From a virus (taxonomy: Duplodnaviria > Caudoviricetes), in the IMG/VR virus record IMGVR_UViG_3300031957_001675, positions 1,576 through 65,575 of that record: a stretch of DNA of 64,000 bases; one strand, written 5' to 3'. This document shows, piece after piece, positions 10,515-20,427 of the stretch (position 1 is the stretch's first letter; every line of letters starts with the position of its first letter). The notes beneath the pieces were generated by a model. It was given only the letters and a program-made list of their open reading frames with translations. It made no database searches and was not told the DNA's origin. A program made the translations under genes and the position numbers.

Positions 10515-10999
10515 TAAATACTCCGTATTCTTTCAATATTTAAATGAGATATTCTATTTAAGAATGTATTACACACAACTGAATGATTATAATCTGTTTG
10601 ACCACCTACTAATTGATTTTCATTTATTGAAGATACTTCCCAATAACCACTATTCCAGTTGATTACATCACCTATCTCAACAACATAATTTATATCAACT
10701 AATGATTGTCGTATAAAAGAAAATATAGCATTTTGTTGTAAATCTGGTCCAAACTCATCTGTAGTTGTGGTTTGGTCTTCAGCATCTACTAAAGCATTAA
10801 CTTGTACACCGTCTTTATAAACTTTACCTTCAGCTGTTTCACCATACATATTTACATCAGTATCATATACTGATACTTTATAAATTATTACAGGTTGATA
10901 AATTATACCGTCTTTATTAGTATTTAAATCACCGACAAGTTCTTTATTAAATTTATCAAAAGTATCTATATCTTTTTGTGGGTAATAACGACTTCCCAT
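10514..10999 (-). CDS. Neck / head-closure protein (T4 gp14-like)
   Basis: NMYGE...EIGDVI.W...YWEV pattern; synteny after the gp13-like gene. Confidence 0.6.
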   Translation of the reverse strand: MGSRYYPQKDIDTFDKFNKELVGDLNTNKDGIIYQPVIIYKVSVYDTDVNMYGETAEGKVYKDGVQVNALVDAEDQTTTTDEFGPDLQQNAIFSFIRQSLVDINYVVEIGDVINWNSGYWEVSSINENQLVGGQTDYNHSVVCNTFLNRISHLNIERIRSI

Positions 11000-11003
11000 T
11001 TGA

Positions 11004-12155
11004 TTATCCTATGTAAATTGGGTAAGGTACTTTGTTTAGTTTTTCTTGTAAGAACTCAGCCTCATCCTTGTCTGCTTCTAACATTGCTCTTCTACTTGTT
11101 TGTTCTAACATTTCTCTTAATTGAGTTATTAAAGTTTCTTTCTCAGCAGCTGCTTCTGAACGTAATGTATCACCATCAAGAGTTGTATCAGAGTTTGGAA
11201 TTGGAATAGTACCGTATTTACTACGAACGATACCTAATAATTCTTTTGATAAAGCAAGACCATATTTTCTTATCCATTGTTTACCAACATCATTAATAAA
11301 TTGATATTGCATATTATCATATGGAACATTTGAAAAATCTGATATAACATTTGCACTACCACTATACTCAGTAATTAATGCGTTATCTCTATCTGAAGTA
11401 TTTACGTAATCAAAGTATATTGTTTTGTCTGAATCAGGGTCTGGGAATATTCTCAACTTATTATTCACAAGTGTAAAACTATAGGCTGATTTTCTAATGG
11501 AATCATTCATTTCTATAGCTTGAACTCTTAGTAAATCTTCAAATATTGGCATCATTGTAAATGATACTGCCGGTGACATTTTACCAAATCCAAAACCTTC
11601 TATCATATTTATAGTACCATAACCTGTGGTAGCGTATGGGTCAAAGAAACGTTGCATTGCTGGTGTACCTTCATAGTATACTCTTTTTACTTCTATTGAA
11701 CCACTTGTACTACCATCAACAAATATATCATTTAAATCATATTCCTGTGAACCACTTGTTACAGAAATTGAACCTTTTTTGATATCAACATCACCACCTA
11801 CACCAGCCTCTGTACCATATTGTTTAGCTAAAGTTACTGTTCTACCTAATGTAGGTGTAACTTTTTTATGTGTAACATTTGAACCAGTTGCTTGTCCAGT
11901 TAAATGTAATAAATTATCTTTTATATTGAATTGATTTACTTGTGCAGAATATTCAGAAATACTTTCTTCAAAACAAGCGTAAAATTGAATATCTTGTAGT
12001 TCAACTGACATTATCGGATAACCTAGTCTTCTTGCACACCACGTAGCAAACTGTGGTGCTTGAGTCTGAAATTCAGAGTCTTCATCATAAAAACCAAATG
12101 GTGTACTACCACTTGCTGCTGAACCACTACCTGGCCATATTGCTTCTTGAGCCAT
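11004..12155 (-). CDS. Neck / head-tail adaptor protein (T4 gp13-like)
   Basis: RRLGYPIMSVEL...QFYACFEE and WIRKY.LALSKE.LG.VRSKY...P....LDG..L..EA..EKE.L motifs. Confidence 0.75.
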   Translation of the reverse strand: MAQEAIWPGSGSAASGSTPFGFYDEDSEFQTQAPQFATWCARRLGYPIMSVELQDIQFYACFEESISEYSAQVNQFNIKDNLLHLTGQATGSNVTHKKVTPTLGRTVTLAKQYGTEAGVGGDVDIKKGSISVTSGSQEYDLNDIFVDGSTSGSIEVKRVYYEGTPAMQRFFDPYATTGYGTINMIEGFGFGKMSPAVSFTMMPIFEDLLRVQAIEMNDSIRKSAYSFTLVNNKLRIFPDPDSDKTIYFDYVNTSDRDNALITEYSGSANVISDFSNVPYDNMQYQFINDVGKQWIRKYGLALSKELLGIVRSKYGTIPIPNSDTTLDGDTLRSEAAAEKETLITQLREMLEQTSRRAMLEADKDEAEFLQEKLNKVPYPIYIG

Positions 12156-12189
12156 TTTTTTCTCCTAAATTACGAACTTTTACTCACTA

Positions 12190-12197
12190 ATAAATAT
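12190..12197 (-). promoter_or_regulatory. Putative late promoter motif ATATTTAT
   Basis: Intergenic, upstream of the neck genes and downstream of the capsid terminator. Confidence 0.6.
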
Positions 12198-12214
12198 AAA
12201 GAACTTGAAGAAAC

Positions 12215-12245
12215 AAAAAAAGGGAGACCGAAATCTCCCTTTTTT
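12215..12245 (-). terminator. Rho-independent terminator after the major capsid gene
   Basis: Minus strand GGGAGAU-UUCG-GUCUCCC followed by a U7 tract; A/T tracts on both sides suggest it is bidirectional. Confidence 0.9.
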
Positions 12246-12285
12246 CACTTTTGTACCTTAGTACGACTCAGTTTATTACTGAATG

Positions 12286-13932
12286 TTAGACTTTATCAAC
12301 ATCAGCAACAATAACTTTACCATAGAATTCAGGTCTGACAATCTTCTTAGCGTATCTTGTCATTACACCTTTTCTTGGAGTAAAGTTAGTTGGGTCATAT
12401 ACAAGAGGTGTCATTATCAACGGTACATAAGGAGCATACACAGCACCAGTTTCTAGGAAGTTACTTCCACGGAAACCAACGAGAATTACATTCTCAAACT
12501 GGTATGGGTTCTTATATACTGTATAGCGGTTATTTAATAAACCAGCTTTTTGTACACCCATTGCGTAGGATTTATTTGTTGAATCACCATCAGCACTTGT
12601 TGCGTATCCAGGAATAGATTCAAGGATTGTAGCAACTTCAGGAGAAACTACAACGAAGTTAGCTCCACCTCTAAGTGTTTTCTGATGAATAGCGTTGGAA
12701 ACAGACTGTATCTTGTTACCAAGTGTCTGGAACCAATCACCTTTTGTGTAAGCATTAGAGTTACCTGAGGATTCTGCAAACAATGTAGTTGTAGAATCAT
12801 ACTCAAAACCAACTCTAGCTGACCAACGTTCAGTCTTAGCTGCTGCGTTTAGACGAAGCATGTCAAGGATTTCTAAGTCGATTTCCATTGAAACGTACTC
12901 ACTCAATAGTGAAGTAAGTTCTGCTTCAGCGTCAACACTATGATAAGCGTTTAAGTCTTGAGCTAACTCAGGAGTCCAAACAGCTTTCAATTTACGTGTT
13001 TTTGCAACTATAGGAATAGAGCGCATTTGAATGTCAATCTCTGGTATTCCTGCGTCTGTTTCAGGTGGTCCTGAACCAGCTGCTGCTTCAAAGTCACCAC
13101 GTGTAGTGTCTGTTGGTTGCTTGTGATATCTGACAGATGCAGAAACTGCGTTACCAATTGTAGTTTCTTTTATGATGAAACGTACGTGAGATGCTGCTGC
13201 ATCACTAGGTGCAACTTCATTACCAGCTACACCATCTAATACTTTAGTGTATGCTGGGTAGTAAGCTGAAAAAGCATTTGAGCCAGTGATTTCAAAAGCT
13301 CTTACGCCTTCTTTATCAGGGTTAGTCATTGCAGATAATGGTATATCAATTGCTTTAACTGTACCTGCTGCTACAGATGATGATAATGAAGGTTCAAAAT
13401 CAACATTTGCCCAAGTAGCTGATGCTGTTAGAGCTGTAGTCGGCTGTGATGTTGTTTGTTGGTCATTAATTGAGTATCCGAATGCACCTGCTCCGTAGAG
13501 ACCCGCTGTTGGGTCACTATCAGAACCAGATGTTACACCGAATACCTGTTCGCCTGCACCGAAACCGGCTTGGGCTGTACCGTATTTAAAGTCAAGATAG
13601 AAAATCAGACCTGAAGGTAGGTTCATTGGCTGAACAGAAACGAATTCCTGAGCTGCTAATTCACCAAAGATTTTACGAACTAAAGGAAGTGCAACACCGC
13701 TCCACTCTTCTGAGTTAGCTGATGTACCTGTAGAACTTGACTCATCAATTAATTGACGAGCTTGGTTCTCAAGTAGAACTGCCATTCCGTTTGTTTTTTG
13801 TTCATCTTCCATGCCTTCAAGTAAACCTGTTGGTTCCCATTTCTTGACCAATCCACGGGTTTCTTCCATGCGTTGACGGTAAGGATTAAATCCACCCATC
13901 AACTTTTCAATTGTTCCAAGATTTTTAGACAT
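12286..13932 (-). CDS. gp23: Major capsid protein (T4 gp23-like)
   Basis: VSVQPMNLPSGLIF, AKTRKLKAVWTPELAQDLNAYHSVDAEAEL and YAPYVPL...DP.NFTPRKGVMTRYA motifs. Predicted propeptide ends at LIDE64. Confidence 0.97.
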   Translation of the reverse strand: MSKNLGTIEKLMGGFNPYRQRMEETRGLVKKWEPTGLLEGMEDEQKTNGMAVLLENQARQLIDESSSTGTSANSEEWSGVALPLVRKIFGELAAQEFVSVQPMNLPSGLIFYLDFKYGTAQAGFGAGEQVFGVTSGSDSDPTAGLYGAGAFGYSINDQQTTSQPTTALTASATWANVDFEPSLSSSVAAGTVKAIDIPLSAMTNPDKEGVRAFEITGSNAFSAYYPAYTKVLDGVAGNEVAPSDAAASHVRFIIKETTIGNAVSASVRYHKQPTDTTRGDFEAAAGSGPPETDAGIPEIDIQMRSIPIVAKTRKLKAVWTPELAQDLNAYHSVDAEAELTSLLSEYVSMEIDLEILDMLRLNAAAKTERWSARVGFEYDSTTTLFAESSGNSNAYTKGDWFQTLGNKIQSVSNAIHQKTLRGGANFVVVSPEVATILESIPGYATSADGDSTNKSYAMGVQKAGLLNNRYTVYKNPYQFENVILVGFRGSNFLETGAVYAPYVPLIMTPLVYDPTNFTPRKGVMTRYAKKIVRPEFYGKVIVADVDKV

Positions 13933-13961
13933 TATATTTTCTCCAAATATATGTTATGAAA

Positions 13962-15140
13962 TTAAAGAATACCGGCTAGCTTCTTGAAACGGTCTCTCAT
14001 TTCTGAACCTTCTGCAATTACTTCTGTTTCTTGCTTTTCAGATTTAGTTGAGGCGACAGCTTTAGATGCTGAACCTTTTGATTCTTTGATTTCGGTTTTA
14101 GTTGTTTTCGTTCCAAACGATTCAGCTAAAGTGGAATAAACCAATTTAACTTCACGTAAGTTATGTGCTCTATCAAAGTTTTCCACAACTTTCATTTTCT
14201 GGTCATTTGTTAAACCAAATGAACGGAAAAGTTTGTTTGTGAATAGTAACTTTGCATTAAGCAAATTAACTTCATTTAATTTAGAACGTAAGTATTTAAC
14301 GACATTGCGATGCTCGTCAAGTTCAGATTGAAGTTTAGTGACTTCTGCAGTTGTTTCTTCTTCATCTTCTTCTTCAGAAAGAGCTGCGATGACTTCTTCA
14401 AGGTCGATTTCTTCTTCGACATCTTCTTTATCATCTTCATCTTCTTCAGTAATTTCTACTGATTCATTATGTTTTGCTTTATCTTTAGTTCCGATACCAG
14501 AAGATTTATCTGCTGTACCTGTTTTGTTATCAGAAGAACCGATTCCAGTTGTAGCGTCAACTTCTTCGTCAACGTCTTCTTTATCTTCATCATCTTTTTC
14601 TTCTTCAACAGATTCTTTAGGTTCATCATCTTCATCATCACCTTCTTCTTCAAGTTCACGTAGAACAGCTTCTAGGTCGAGGTCTTCATCCATATCTTCA
14701 TCTTCGTCTTTGTCCATTCTCTCTTCTACATCATCATCTTCATCTTCTTCTTCAGCGACGACTGGTGCATATTTTACACCATCGATTTCGATTACGTTTT
14801 CGTCCACGTCATCATCTTCTTCGTGTTCACCTTCTTCTACTTCATCTTCATCTTCATCTGTAGCTCTTTCTTCTACGTCATCTTCATCTTCGTCTGCGTG
14901 CATTCTCTCTTCAGCACCTCTCTCTTCCATTTCATCATCTTCATCATGCATGGCTTCTTCTTTTTCTTCATCATCTTCGTGTTCACCTTCTTCGACATCC
15001 ATTTCTGATTGGATTTTCTTAGAAAGCATTGACTGTAGACGTGGAGTAAAAGCTTCTTCTAATGCTATTTTAGCATTCTCAAGAGCTGTTTCACGAACTG
15101 CTTTTGCATCAGCAATGGCTTCTTTTAATAAATCATCCAT
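13962..15140 (-). CDS. Prohead core / scaffolding protein (T4 gp22-like)
   Basis: Extremely acidic, coiled-coil C-terminus ending RFKKLAGIL, directly upstream of the capsid gene. GGAG RBS precedes ATG 15140. Confidence 0.85.
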   Translation of the reverse strand: MDDLLKEAIADAKAVRETALENAKIALEEAFTPRLQSMLSKKIQSEMDVEEGEHEDDEEKEEAMHDEDDEMEERGAEERMHADEDEDDVEERATDEDEDEVEEGEHEEDDDVDENVIEIDGVKYAPVVAEEEDEDDDVEERMDKDEDEDMDEDLDLEAVLRELEEEGDDEDDEPKESVEEEKDDEDKEDVDEEVDATTGIGSSDNKTGTADKSSGIGTKDKAKHNESVEITEEDEDDKEDVEEEIDLEEVIAALSEEEDEEETTAEVTKLQSELDEHRNVVKYLRSKLNEVNLLNAKLLFTNKLFRSFGLTNDQKMKVVENFDRAHNLREVKLVYSTLAESFGTKTTKTEIKESKGSASKAVASTKSEKQETEVIAEGSEMRDRFKKLAGIL

Positions 15141-15225
15141 TACGTTTTCTCCTATGATTAAATTAATAATCATTAGTTTGGATTTAATATAGCTATTGGG
15201 AACTATAATTTGATTAATTATCGAT

Positions 15226-15260
15226 TACACTATATGAGGACCGAAAAGGGTCATAGTGTA
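15226..15260 (-). promoter_or_regulatory. Stem-loop in the 5' leader of the scaffold-capsid transcript
   Basis: TACACTAT...ATAGTGTA outer stem with GACC/GGTC inner stem, 11 nt downstream of the ATATTTAT motif. Confidence 0.55.
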
Positions 15261-15271
15261 TTTTTATATAT

Positions 15272-15279
15272 ATAAATAT
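15272..15279 (-). promoter_or_regulatory. Putative late promoter motif ATATTTAT
   Basis: Intergenic, upstream of scaffold and capsid genes. Confidence 0.65.
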
Positions 15280-15298
15280 ATAAAAGTTTGAAAAGTTA

Positions 15299-15484
15299 TC
15301 AACTATTTGACAATTTTTTATTTCTTAATCTTGCCTTAGCTTTTTTTTCTTTTTTTATAACTGATGGTTTTGTGTAGTACTCTCGTTCTCTTAACTCTAA
15401 CATTAACTTAGATTCTTTTACTTTCTTTTTAAGAATACTAAGAGCTTTCTCTACATTATTATTTCGTACCTTTACGTAAAGCAA
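15299..15484 (-). CDS. rpsU: Phage-encoded ribosomal protein bS21
   Basis: V.VRNNNVEKAL..LKKKV....L..ELREREYY.KPS..K..K..KA signature; TTG start preceded by GGAGG. Confidence 0.9.
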   Translation of the reverse strand: MLYVKVRNNNVEKALSILKKKVKESKLMLELREREYYTKPSVIKKEKKAKARLRNKKLSNS

Positions 15485-15492
15485 ATGGCCTC

Positions 15493-16113
15493 CTAATCTG
15501 TTTCTTTTTCCGCCTTGTAGTTTTTATCTACATAATTAAAAAATTCTTTTTTCTTATCGTCATCTAATTCATCAGGTGAACTGATACCAAACTTCTTCAT
15601 TGCTGATTGAAAGAAAGCTTCATATTCACCTTCTTTAATTGATTTCTCTTTAGTTTCACCAATTGAATAATATCTACCAAGAATGTTACCCATATCTTCA
15701 TAAAGAGCACCCATTCTTTCTTGTAAAGTTTTTGCTTCATTAGATATTTTAGTAAATTGTTTAGATAAACCAGTTAATTCTTTCATATTACGATTAACGG
15801 TAATCTTGTCAAACCAATCTTCTGTTTCACTTAATGTGTGAGATTTAGCTTGATTAGCAATCCAACTTAGTTTTTCTGCTATCTTTGTTATATTAGATTC
15901 ACCAAATATTGATTCACCTAATTTATTATAGCTTGAAATTTCATTAGTTAGACCTTTAACGTCTATACTTTCTTCTTCTACTTCACCATACTTTTCTTTA
16001 ACGATTGCAGATAATGAAGTACTATCTTTATTGATAACTGGTGTTGTAACTAATCCACCTACAAGTGAAAAGTTTTCATCTAATAATTGTTTTAACTTTA
16101 TTTTTTTGCTCAT
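15493..16113 (-). CDS. Putative internal head protein (IKLKQLLDE leader)
   Basis: N-terminal IKLKxLLxE motif and a short C-terminal module after IKE; located in the head gene cluster. Confidence 0.55.
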   Translation of the reverse strand: MSKKIKLKQLLDENFSLVGGLVTTPVINKDSTSLSAIVKEKYGEVEEESIDVKGLTNEISSYNKLGESIFGESNITKIAEKLSWIANQAKSHTLSETEDWFDKITVNRNMKELTGLSKQFTKISNEAKTLQERMGALYEDMGNILGRYYSIGETKEKSIKEGEYEAFFQSAMKKFGISSPDELDDDKKKEFFNYVDKNYKAEKETD

Positions 16114-16154
16114 AATAAAATACCTAATTTTTTCCAGTTTAATTATTTATAATA

Positions 16155-16162
16155 ATAAATAT
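16155..16162 (-). promoter_or_regulatory. Putative late promoter motif ATATTTAT
   Basis: Intergenic, upstream of 16113 and rpsU. Confidence 0.6.
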
Positions 16163-16165
16163 AAG

Positions 16166-16594
16166 TTATCTTAGTTTTCCTCGTTTTGAATATCTTCTGA
16201 AGCCATCTCGTACTCTATTCCATAAGGCTCTCATAAGTGTTCTTTGACCTGTTCCAGTGTCTCGTACTGGACCTGTCATTATTGCTCTTTGTATATCCAT
16301 AGCATCATACTTTTTACTTTTTACACCATCCATCATCATTTTTATAGTTTGTGCAGATGCTTTACCTAAAATCTTTCCCATTTTCTGTATGTCTTTTTCT
16401 ACTAATTGTTGAGCTTCTCGTGAACTGTATGGTAATTGTGAGGGTGAAGTCAATGGTGCTTCACCAAAAACTTTTCTTGAAGTGAAAAAATCATATGCGT
16501 CTGAATTATTTGATATAACCTCTATTGAACTTCTAGGTGCTTTAGTGAAAGAACTTTCATTTATAAGTTTTTTATATATTGATTTTTTACTCAC
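16166..16594 (-). CDS. Hypothetical basic protein, putative internal head protein
   Basis: Leader MSKKSIYKKLINE; head gene cluster. Confidence 0.5.
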   Translation of the reverse strand: MSKKSIYKKLINESSFTKAPRSSIEVISNNSDAYDFFTSRKVFGEAPLTSPSQLPYSSREAQQLVEKDIQKMGKILGKASAQTIKMMMDGVKSKKYDAMDIQRAIMTGPVRDTGTGQRTLMRALWNRVRDGFRRYSKRGKLR

Positions 16595-17619
16595 TAAAAT
16601 CTACCTTTTAAAATACGACTAGCTTTTTGAGCAACTGCTCTACCATCATCAGGTGCTCGATAGTAAGATACCTTTTCACCTTTTGCTTTAGCTTCTTTTT
16701 CTCTTTCTTCATCATATCGTGATGATTCAATATATCTTTCAAGTGAAGAATATAAATCTTGCATCTCACGAGCAATAGCAGTCAAGAAATCATATACTTT
16801 AGCCTCGTCATTCATCTTCCAACTATTATATTTATTTAATAATTTTTTAAACTTGGCATCTTGTTTACCACCAATAGCTGTTGCAATTAAACCATTTGTA
16901 AAATCTTTAGCTGCTTTTACCTTAGCATTTACTTTTGCTGAATCTTTGTACGTTTGAGAAAGTAAATTTTTATATCTTCTTTCGTTTTCGTATCTAAAGT
17001 CACTATCATCTTTAAATTTCCAAGAACCTTCTCCAGCTGCTTGTCTTAATTCTCTTTTTTCTTTACCACCCATATATGGCATATCGTCTTCAAGTGTAAC
17101 TTGATAAAACACAATACCAGGTATTTTACGTACAGCTCTTAAACTTTGATAACCTAATTGATTTAATCCGAATGTTTCTTTGTTATCACCATAGAGGTCT
17201 GTTTTTTTACCACCACTTACACTCATAGCTGAACCTACTGCCTTCTGTCTTTTTTTAGGAGCATTTCTCCAACTTTTTGTAAACCAAAGAGGTTTACCAT
17301 CTTTCAATGTAAGAACTGCTGTATTTTTATCAACCTCTATATCACTATTCCATCTACTGTATCTACCACCTGGTTCTAATGATACTTTTTTAGTTGTGAT
17401 TGCAAATTCAATACCTTTTTTCTTTGGTGTTCTATTCATTGTTAATTGACTATCTGTTATTTTATTCCACTCAACACCGTATTTAGCAGTGAAACTAAAA
17501 AAGTCTTTATCTAATCCTGTAAAGTTATTTGTCATCTTTCTTAAAATACTACTTTTGAAAGCTTCTGTTACAAGATATGAAACTTTTGATTCTTTTAGTA
17601 TATTTTTTAACTTAATCAT
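16594..17619 (-). CDS. Hypothetical protein, putative internal head protein (MIKLKNILKE leader)
   Basis: Shared leader motif; Lys-rich. Confidence 0.55.
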   Translation of the reverse strand: MIKLKNILKESKVSYLVTEAFKSSILRKMTNNFTGLDKDFFSFTAKYGVEWNKITDSQLTMNRTPKKKGIEFAITTKKVSLEPGGRYSRWNSDIEVDKNTAVLTLKDGKPLWFTKSWRNAPKKRQKAVGSAMSVSGGKKTDLYGDNKETFGLNQLGYQSLRAVRKIPGIVFYQVTLEDDMPYMGGKEKRELRQAAGEGSWKFKDDSDFRYENERRYKNLLSQTYKDSAKVNAKVKAAKDFTNGLIATAIGGKQDAKFKKLLNKYNSWKMNDEAKVYDFLTAIAREMQDLYSSLERYIESSRYDEEREKEAKAKGEKVSYYRAPDDGRAVAQKASRILKGRF

Positions 17620-18536
17620 TATGCTATCCTTTTAACGTCTTTATCACCAATCAAAGCCGCTCCCACCTTTTTTAAGTTTTGAGCTGCTTGATTAACCATA
17701 GTGTATTTACCTAATTTAAATGGTTTGTTTTTAATCACTACGTATAACATACCTCTTTCAGTTTCAAACTGAAGTGGGAATGTTTTCTTTTTATCCATAC
17801 CACGAATCTCAACTTCAATTTTAAATCCAACCTTATCTCTCTTACTGACTTTAAATCCACCACCCATCATTTTAGCTGTCTTAGGTCTCATACCTGCTTT
17901 TTTAATTACAGTTGCTATACCACCTAAAAGCATATCAGCTCCTAAAGATGAGGCTTCATTTACGGATTCAGCAGGATTCATAATGTAATCACGAGACTTA
18001 CCAACATAATCTTTAGCTAGTGTAATCTTATCAGTCCACCAACTTGGTAATGAATCTTCGTTAGATTTTGATTTTAATGCGTTAATCACATCGTTTGCGT
18101 CTTGTACAATAAGTTTTAATTTTCTTTCTATTGAAGCTACATCTGTATGTCCGTCTTCATTTACTGATTCATTTTTCTTCATAAACTTATTCTTTAATCT
18201 TTGAAATATACTCTTAGACTTCTTATGTAACGGATGGTCTTTATCACGAAGTGGTGTAACAGCACTTATCTTTTTACCAGTTGATGGGTTTTGAAGTTTC
18301 ATCATCACCATAGCAGCGGCTGCACTAGCTGCTGGATTTTCACTCATCAAATACTCTCTTACCTTATTTGGTAAGTCATCGTGTTTCGTAGATGCAAAAT
18401 CTTTAGTTGATTTTTTCTTCATTGATTTAGCTGCGTCCTTTACGGCTTTACTCACTTTACTTGCTGGAATTTCACCTTTTTTATAAGCGTGAACTAATCC
18501 CATAAATCTTTGTTGTGCTTTACTAACTGAAGGCAT
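17619..18536 (-). CDS. Modular basic protein (DUF3008-like N-terminus), putative head polyprotein
   Basis: MPSVSKAQQRFMGLVHA...DFASTKH..LP module, followed by modules separated by LMSE, SVNE and SVNE. Confidence 0.55.
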   Translation of the reverse strand: MPSVSKAQQRFMGLVHAYKKGEIPASKVSKAVKDAAKSMKKKSTKDFASTKHDDLPNKVREYLMSENPAASAAAAMVMMKLQNPSTGKKISAVTPLRDKDHPLHKKSKSIFQRLKNKFMKKNESVNEDGHTDVASIERKLKLIVQDANDVINALKSKSNEDSLPSWWTDKITLAKDYVGKSRDYIMNPAESVNEASSLGADMLLGGIATVIKKAGMRPKTAKMMGGGFKVSKRDKVGFKIEVEIRGMDKKKTFPLQFETERGMLYVVIKNKPFKLGKYTMVNQAAQNLKKVGAALIGDKDVKRIA

Positions 18537-18883
18537 TATTTCATTTTCTTTCTAAGTCTAATCATCTCTCTCATAAACTTAGTTACTGTACCCTTATAAA
18601 CTTTTTTAATTTCTTTGGCTATCTTCACGTTTTCTGGTCTTGCATCTCTAAGAAAAATTTGTTCTAATTTCAACATTCTTTCTCGTAATTTTGCTTCTGC
18701 CTTTACAATGCGTTGTACCTCTTGGTCTGCTGGTCTCTGTTCATCTGGACCTTCTGTAATACCACAGCAATCACCACCACAGTCACAATTTTTTTCATTC
18801 ATTACATCTGTAAGTGTTGGTAATGGTTCACCAAACTTTCTGTCCCATGCACTTTCACTAAGTATTTGTTTTAACTTAATCAC
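18536..18883 (-). CDS. Putative internal head protein (MIKLKQILSE leader, CDCGGDCC motif)
   Basis: 24-aa leader nearly identical to that of 31556..32008. Confidence 0.55.
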   Translation of the reverse strand: MIKLKQILSESAWDRKFGEPLPTLTDVMNEKNCDCGGDCCGITEGPDEQRPADQEVQRIVKAEAKLRERMLKLEQIFLRDARPENVKIAKEIKKVYKGTVTKFMREMIRLRKKMK

Positions 18884-19143
18884 GTGTTTTTCCTTTTAAA
18901 CTCGTTTAACTTTACTTTTAACTCAATAAAGTTTCTTTTATATAAACGTTGTAATTCTAAGACTTGTTGTTTATAATTAGCATCTTTATCTTTAGCTAAC
19001 TCTTTAGTCAAGCTCTTCATTAATCTATCAACTCTATTCATAGCGTCTTCTAAACTATCAAAATCACCTTTATATCCACCTGAACCCATATTGATTTTAT
19101 CTTCTGAGAGTCTCCAGTCTTTCCATTTATTTAAGTAACTCAT
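18880..19143 (-). CDS. Hypothetical protein (87 aa)
   Basis: Tightly coupled ORF; leader ends RLSE. Confidence 0.5.
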   Translation of the reverse strand: MSYLNKWKDWRLSEDKINMGSGGYKGDFDSLEDAMNRVDRLMKSLTKELAKDKDANYKQQVLELQRLYKRNFIELKVKLNEFKRKNT

Positions 19144-19144
19144 C

Positions 19145-19762
19145 CTAGCCTCTCATTATATCATTAATGATAGATTCAACTTTACAATATTCACCACAAG
19201 TTCTACCTGCTGGTAAATCTTTATCAATCGATTCATTCATTGGATACATAAATGCTCCGTGTGTAGATGGATTAGAAACAAAGTCAAATGCTATAAGTTC
19301 AAAGTCAGGTTGTACTTGAGTAACTTGGTCACCTGTATCTTCTGTAACTGTTTCTACTGAACCCATACCACGTGAACTAATACCAAGTTTGATACCTGCT
19401 TTAAATAATTCTTTTAATATGTTACCACTTGGTGTACCTAACACCTCTACAGTGCCTAACAAATTATCACCTTCCCAATCCATCTCTTTGATGTTATGAG
19501 ATACGTTTTGTAAATTAACAACTGATGATTCTGGATGGTCTAATTCACCCATAGCTCTTCTTTGTGATATAAATTCTTTTGTATACTTTTTAGCTTCACG
19601 TTGTAAAATCTCACGAGGGTAAACTCTACCATTTTGATTTTTAGCTTCTGCACGTTGTAACACACCACGTACAATCAACTTACCATTATTTTCTTTAATG
19701 GATTCATTGATTTGTTCAGGTTTTACTTCAAATGGTAAATAATCTACTATTAAGTTTTTCAC
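19145..19762 (-). CDS. gp21: Prohead core protease (T4 gp21-like)
   Basis: QRAEAKNQNGRVYP, GELDHP (catalytic His), GISSRGMGS (catalytic Ser) and DFVSNPST..A motifs. Confidence 0.95.
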   Translation of the reverse strand: MKNLIVDYLPFEVKPEQINESIKENNGKLIVRGVLQRAEAKNQNGRVYPREILQREAKKYTKEFISQRRAMGELDHPESSVVNLQNVSHNIKEMDWEGDNLLGTVEVLGTPSGNILKELFKAGIKLGISSRGMGSVETVTEDTGDQVTQVQPDFELIAFDFVSNPSTHGAFMYPMNESIDKDLPAGRTCGEYCKVESIINDIMRG

Positions 19763-19782
19763 ATTAAACTCCGTTTTTTTAT

Positions 19783-20427
19783 TTAGTAAAGTTGACCAAC
19801 TTTATTTGCTAATTTTACTAATCTTTCACTAATTTTTTTCATTGCACCGTGAGTACGTTTCCAATAAGATGTAGAATCAACACCAATTTCGTTTTTTAAT
19901 CTCACGTTCATTTTAACAAGTTTATCTAACTCGTTTAATTTATCTCTAACTTCTCTCATTGAATAACCAATTTTTTGTTTTGCTGTTAGAGATTCATCAT
20001 TTCTGTAATCGTGATAACGACCTTCATTTACATTTTCAAGTTTTTTATCAATTTGTTTTGCTTTACCAGTCTGTACTCTTCTTACATTCGATATACTTTT
20101 TGAACCACCTTTGAGTTTTCTAGCTACTTTCATTTTAGCTGCACCTTCTGAACCTGCATCCACTATTACTGTTAATTTAACACCAGCTTCATCTTTTATA
20201 TCTAATGCAAATCTAGCTTCGGATACTTTTTGAAAACCTGCTGCTTTAACTATATCATCTTTTTTCTTTTTATCTTTTTTACGTTTACCTGTAAAAGCAT
20301 ATGGTGTTTTTGGTGGACCTTCTCCACCGTCTAAATTACCAGTCATAGATGCTTCTTCTAATTCTTGTTTGATTAACTCTTTGATATATTTTTTTAAAAG
20401 TTCAAGTTTAATTTTTTTTGTGGACAT
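19783..20427 (-). CDS. Modular basic prohead-associated protein
   Basis: Lies between portal and protease, the position of T4 gp67/gp68. Modules follow ELEE, KVSE and NVNE. Confidence 0.5.
   Translation of the reverse strand: MSTKKIKLELLKKYIKELIKQELEEASMTGNLDGGEGPPKTPYAFTGKRKKDKKKKDDIVKAAGFQKVSEARFALDIKDEAGVKLTVIVDAGSEGAAKMKVARKLKGGSKSISNVRRVQTGKAKQIDKKLENVNEGRYHDYRNDESLTAKQKIGYSMREVRDKLNELDKLVKMNVRLKNEIGVDSTSYWKRTHGAMKKISERLVKLANKVGQLY

Noticed and set aside
14338-15192. Poly-Ser plus-strand ORF and overlapping Phe/Ile-rich ORFs
   Set aside because: They are antisense to the GAA/GAT-rich acidic scaffold gene.
15230-15260. ATGAGGACCGAAAAGGGTC as a possible hammerhead ribozyme
   Set aside because: It lacks an intact CUGANGA core and the GAAA after stem II; treated as a simple hairpin.
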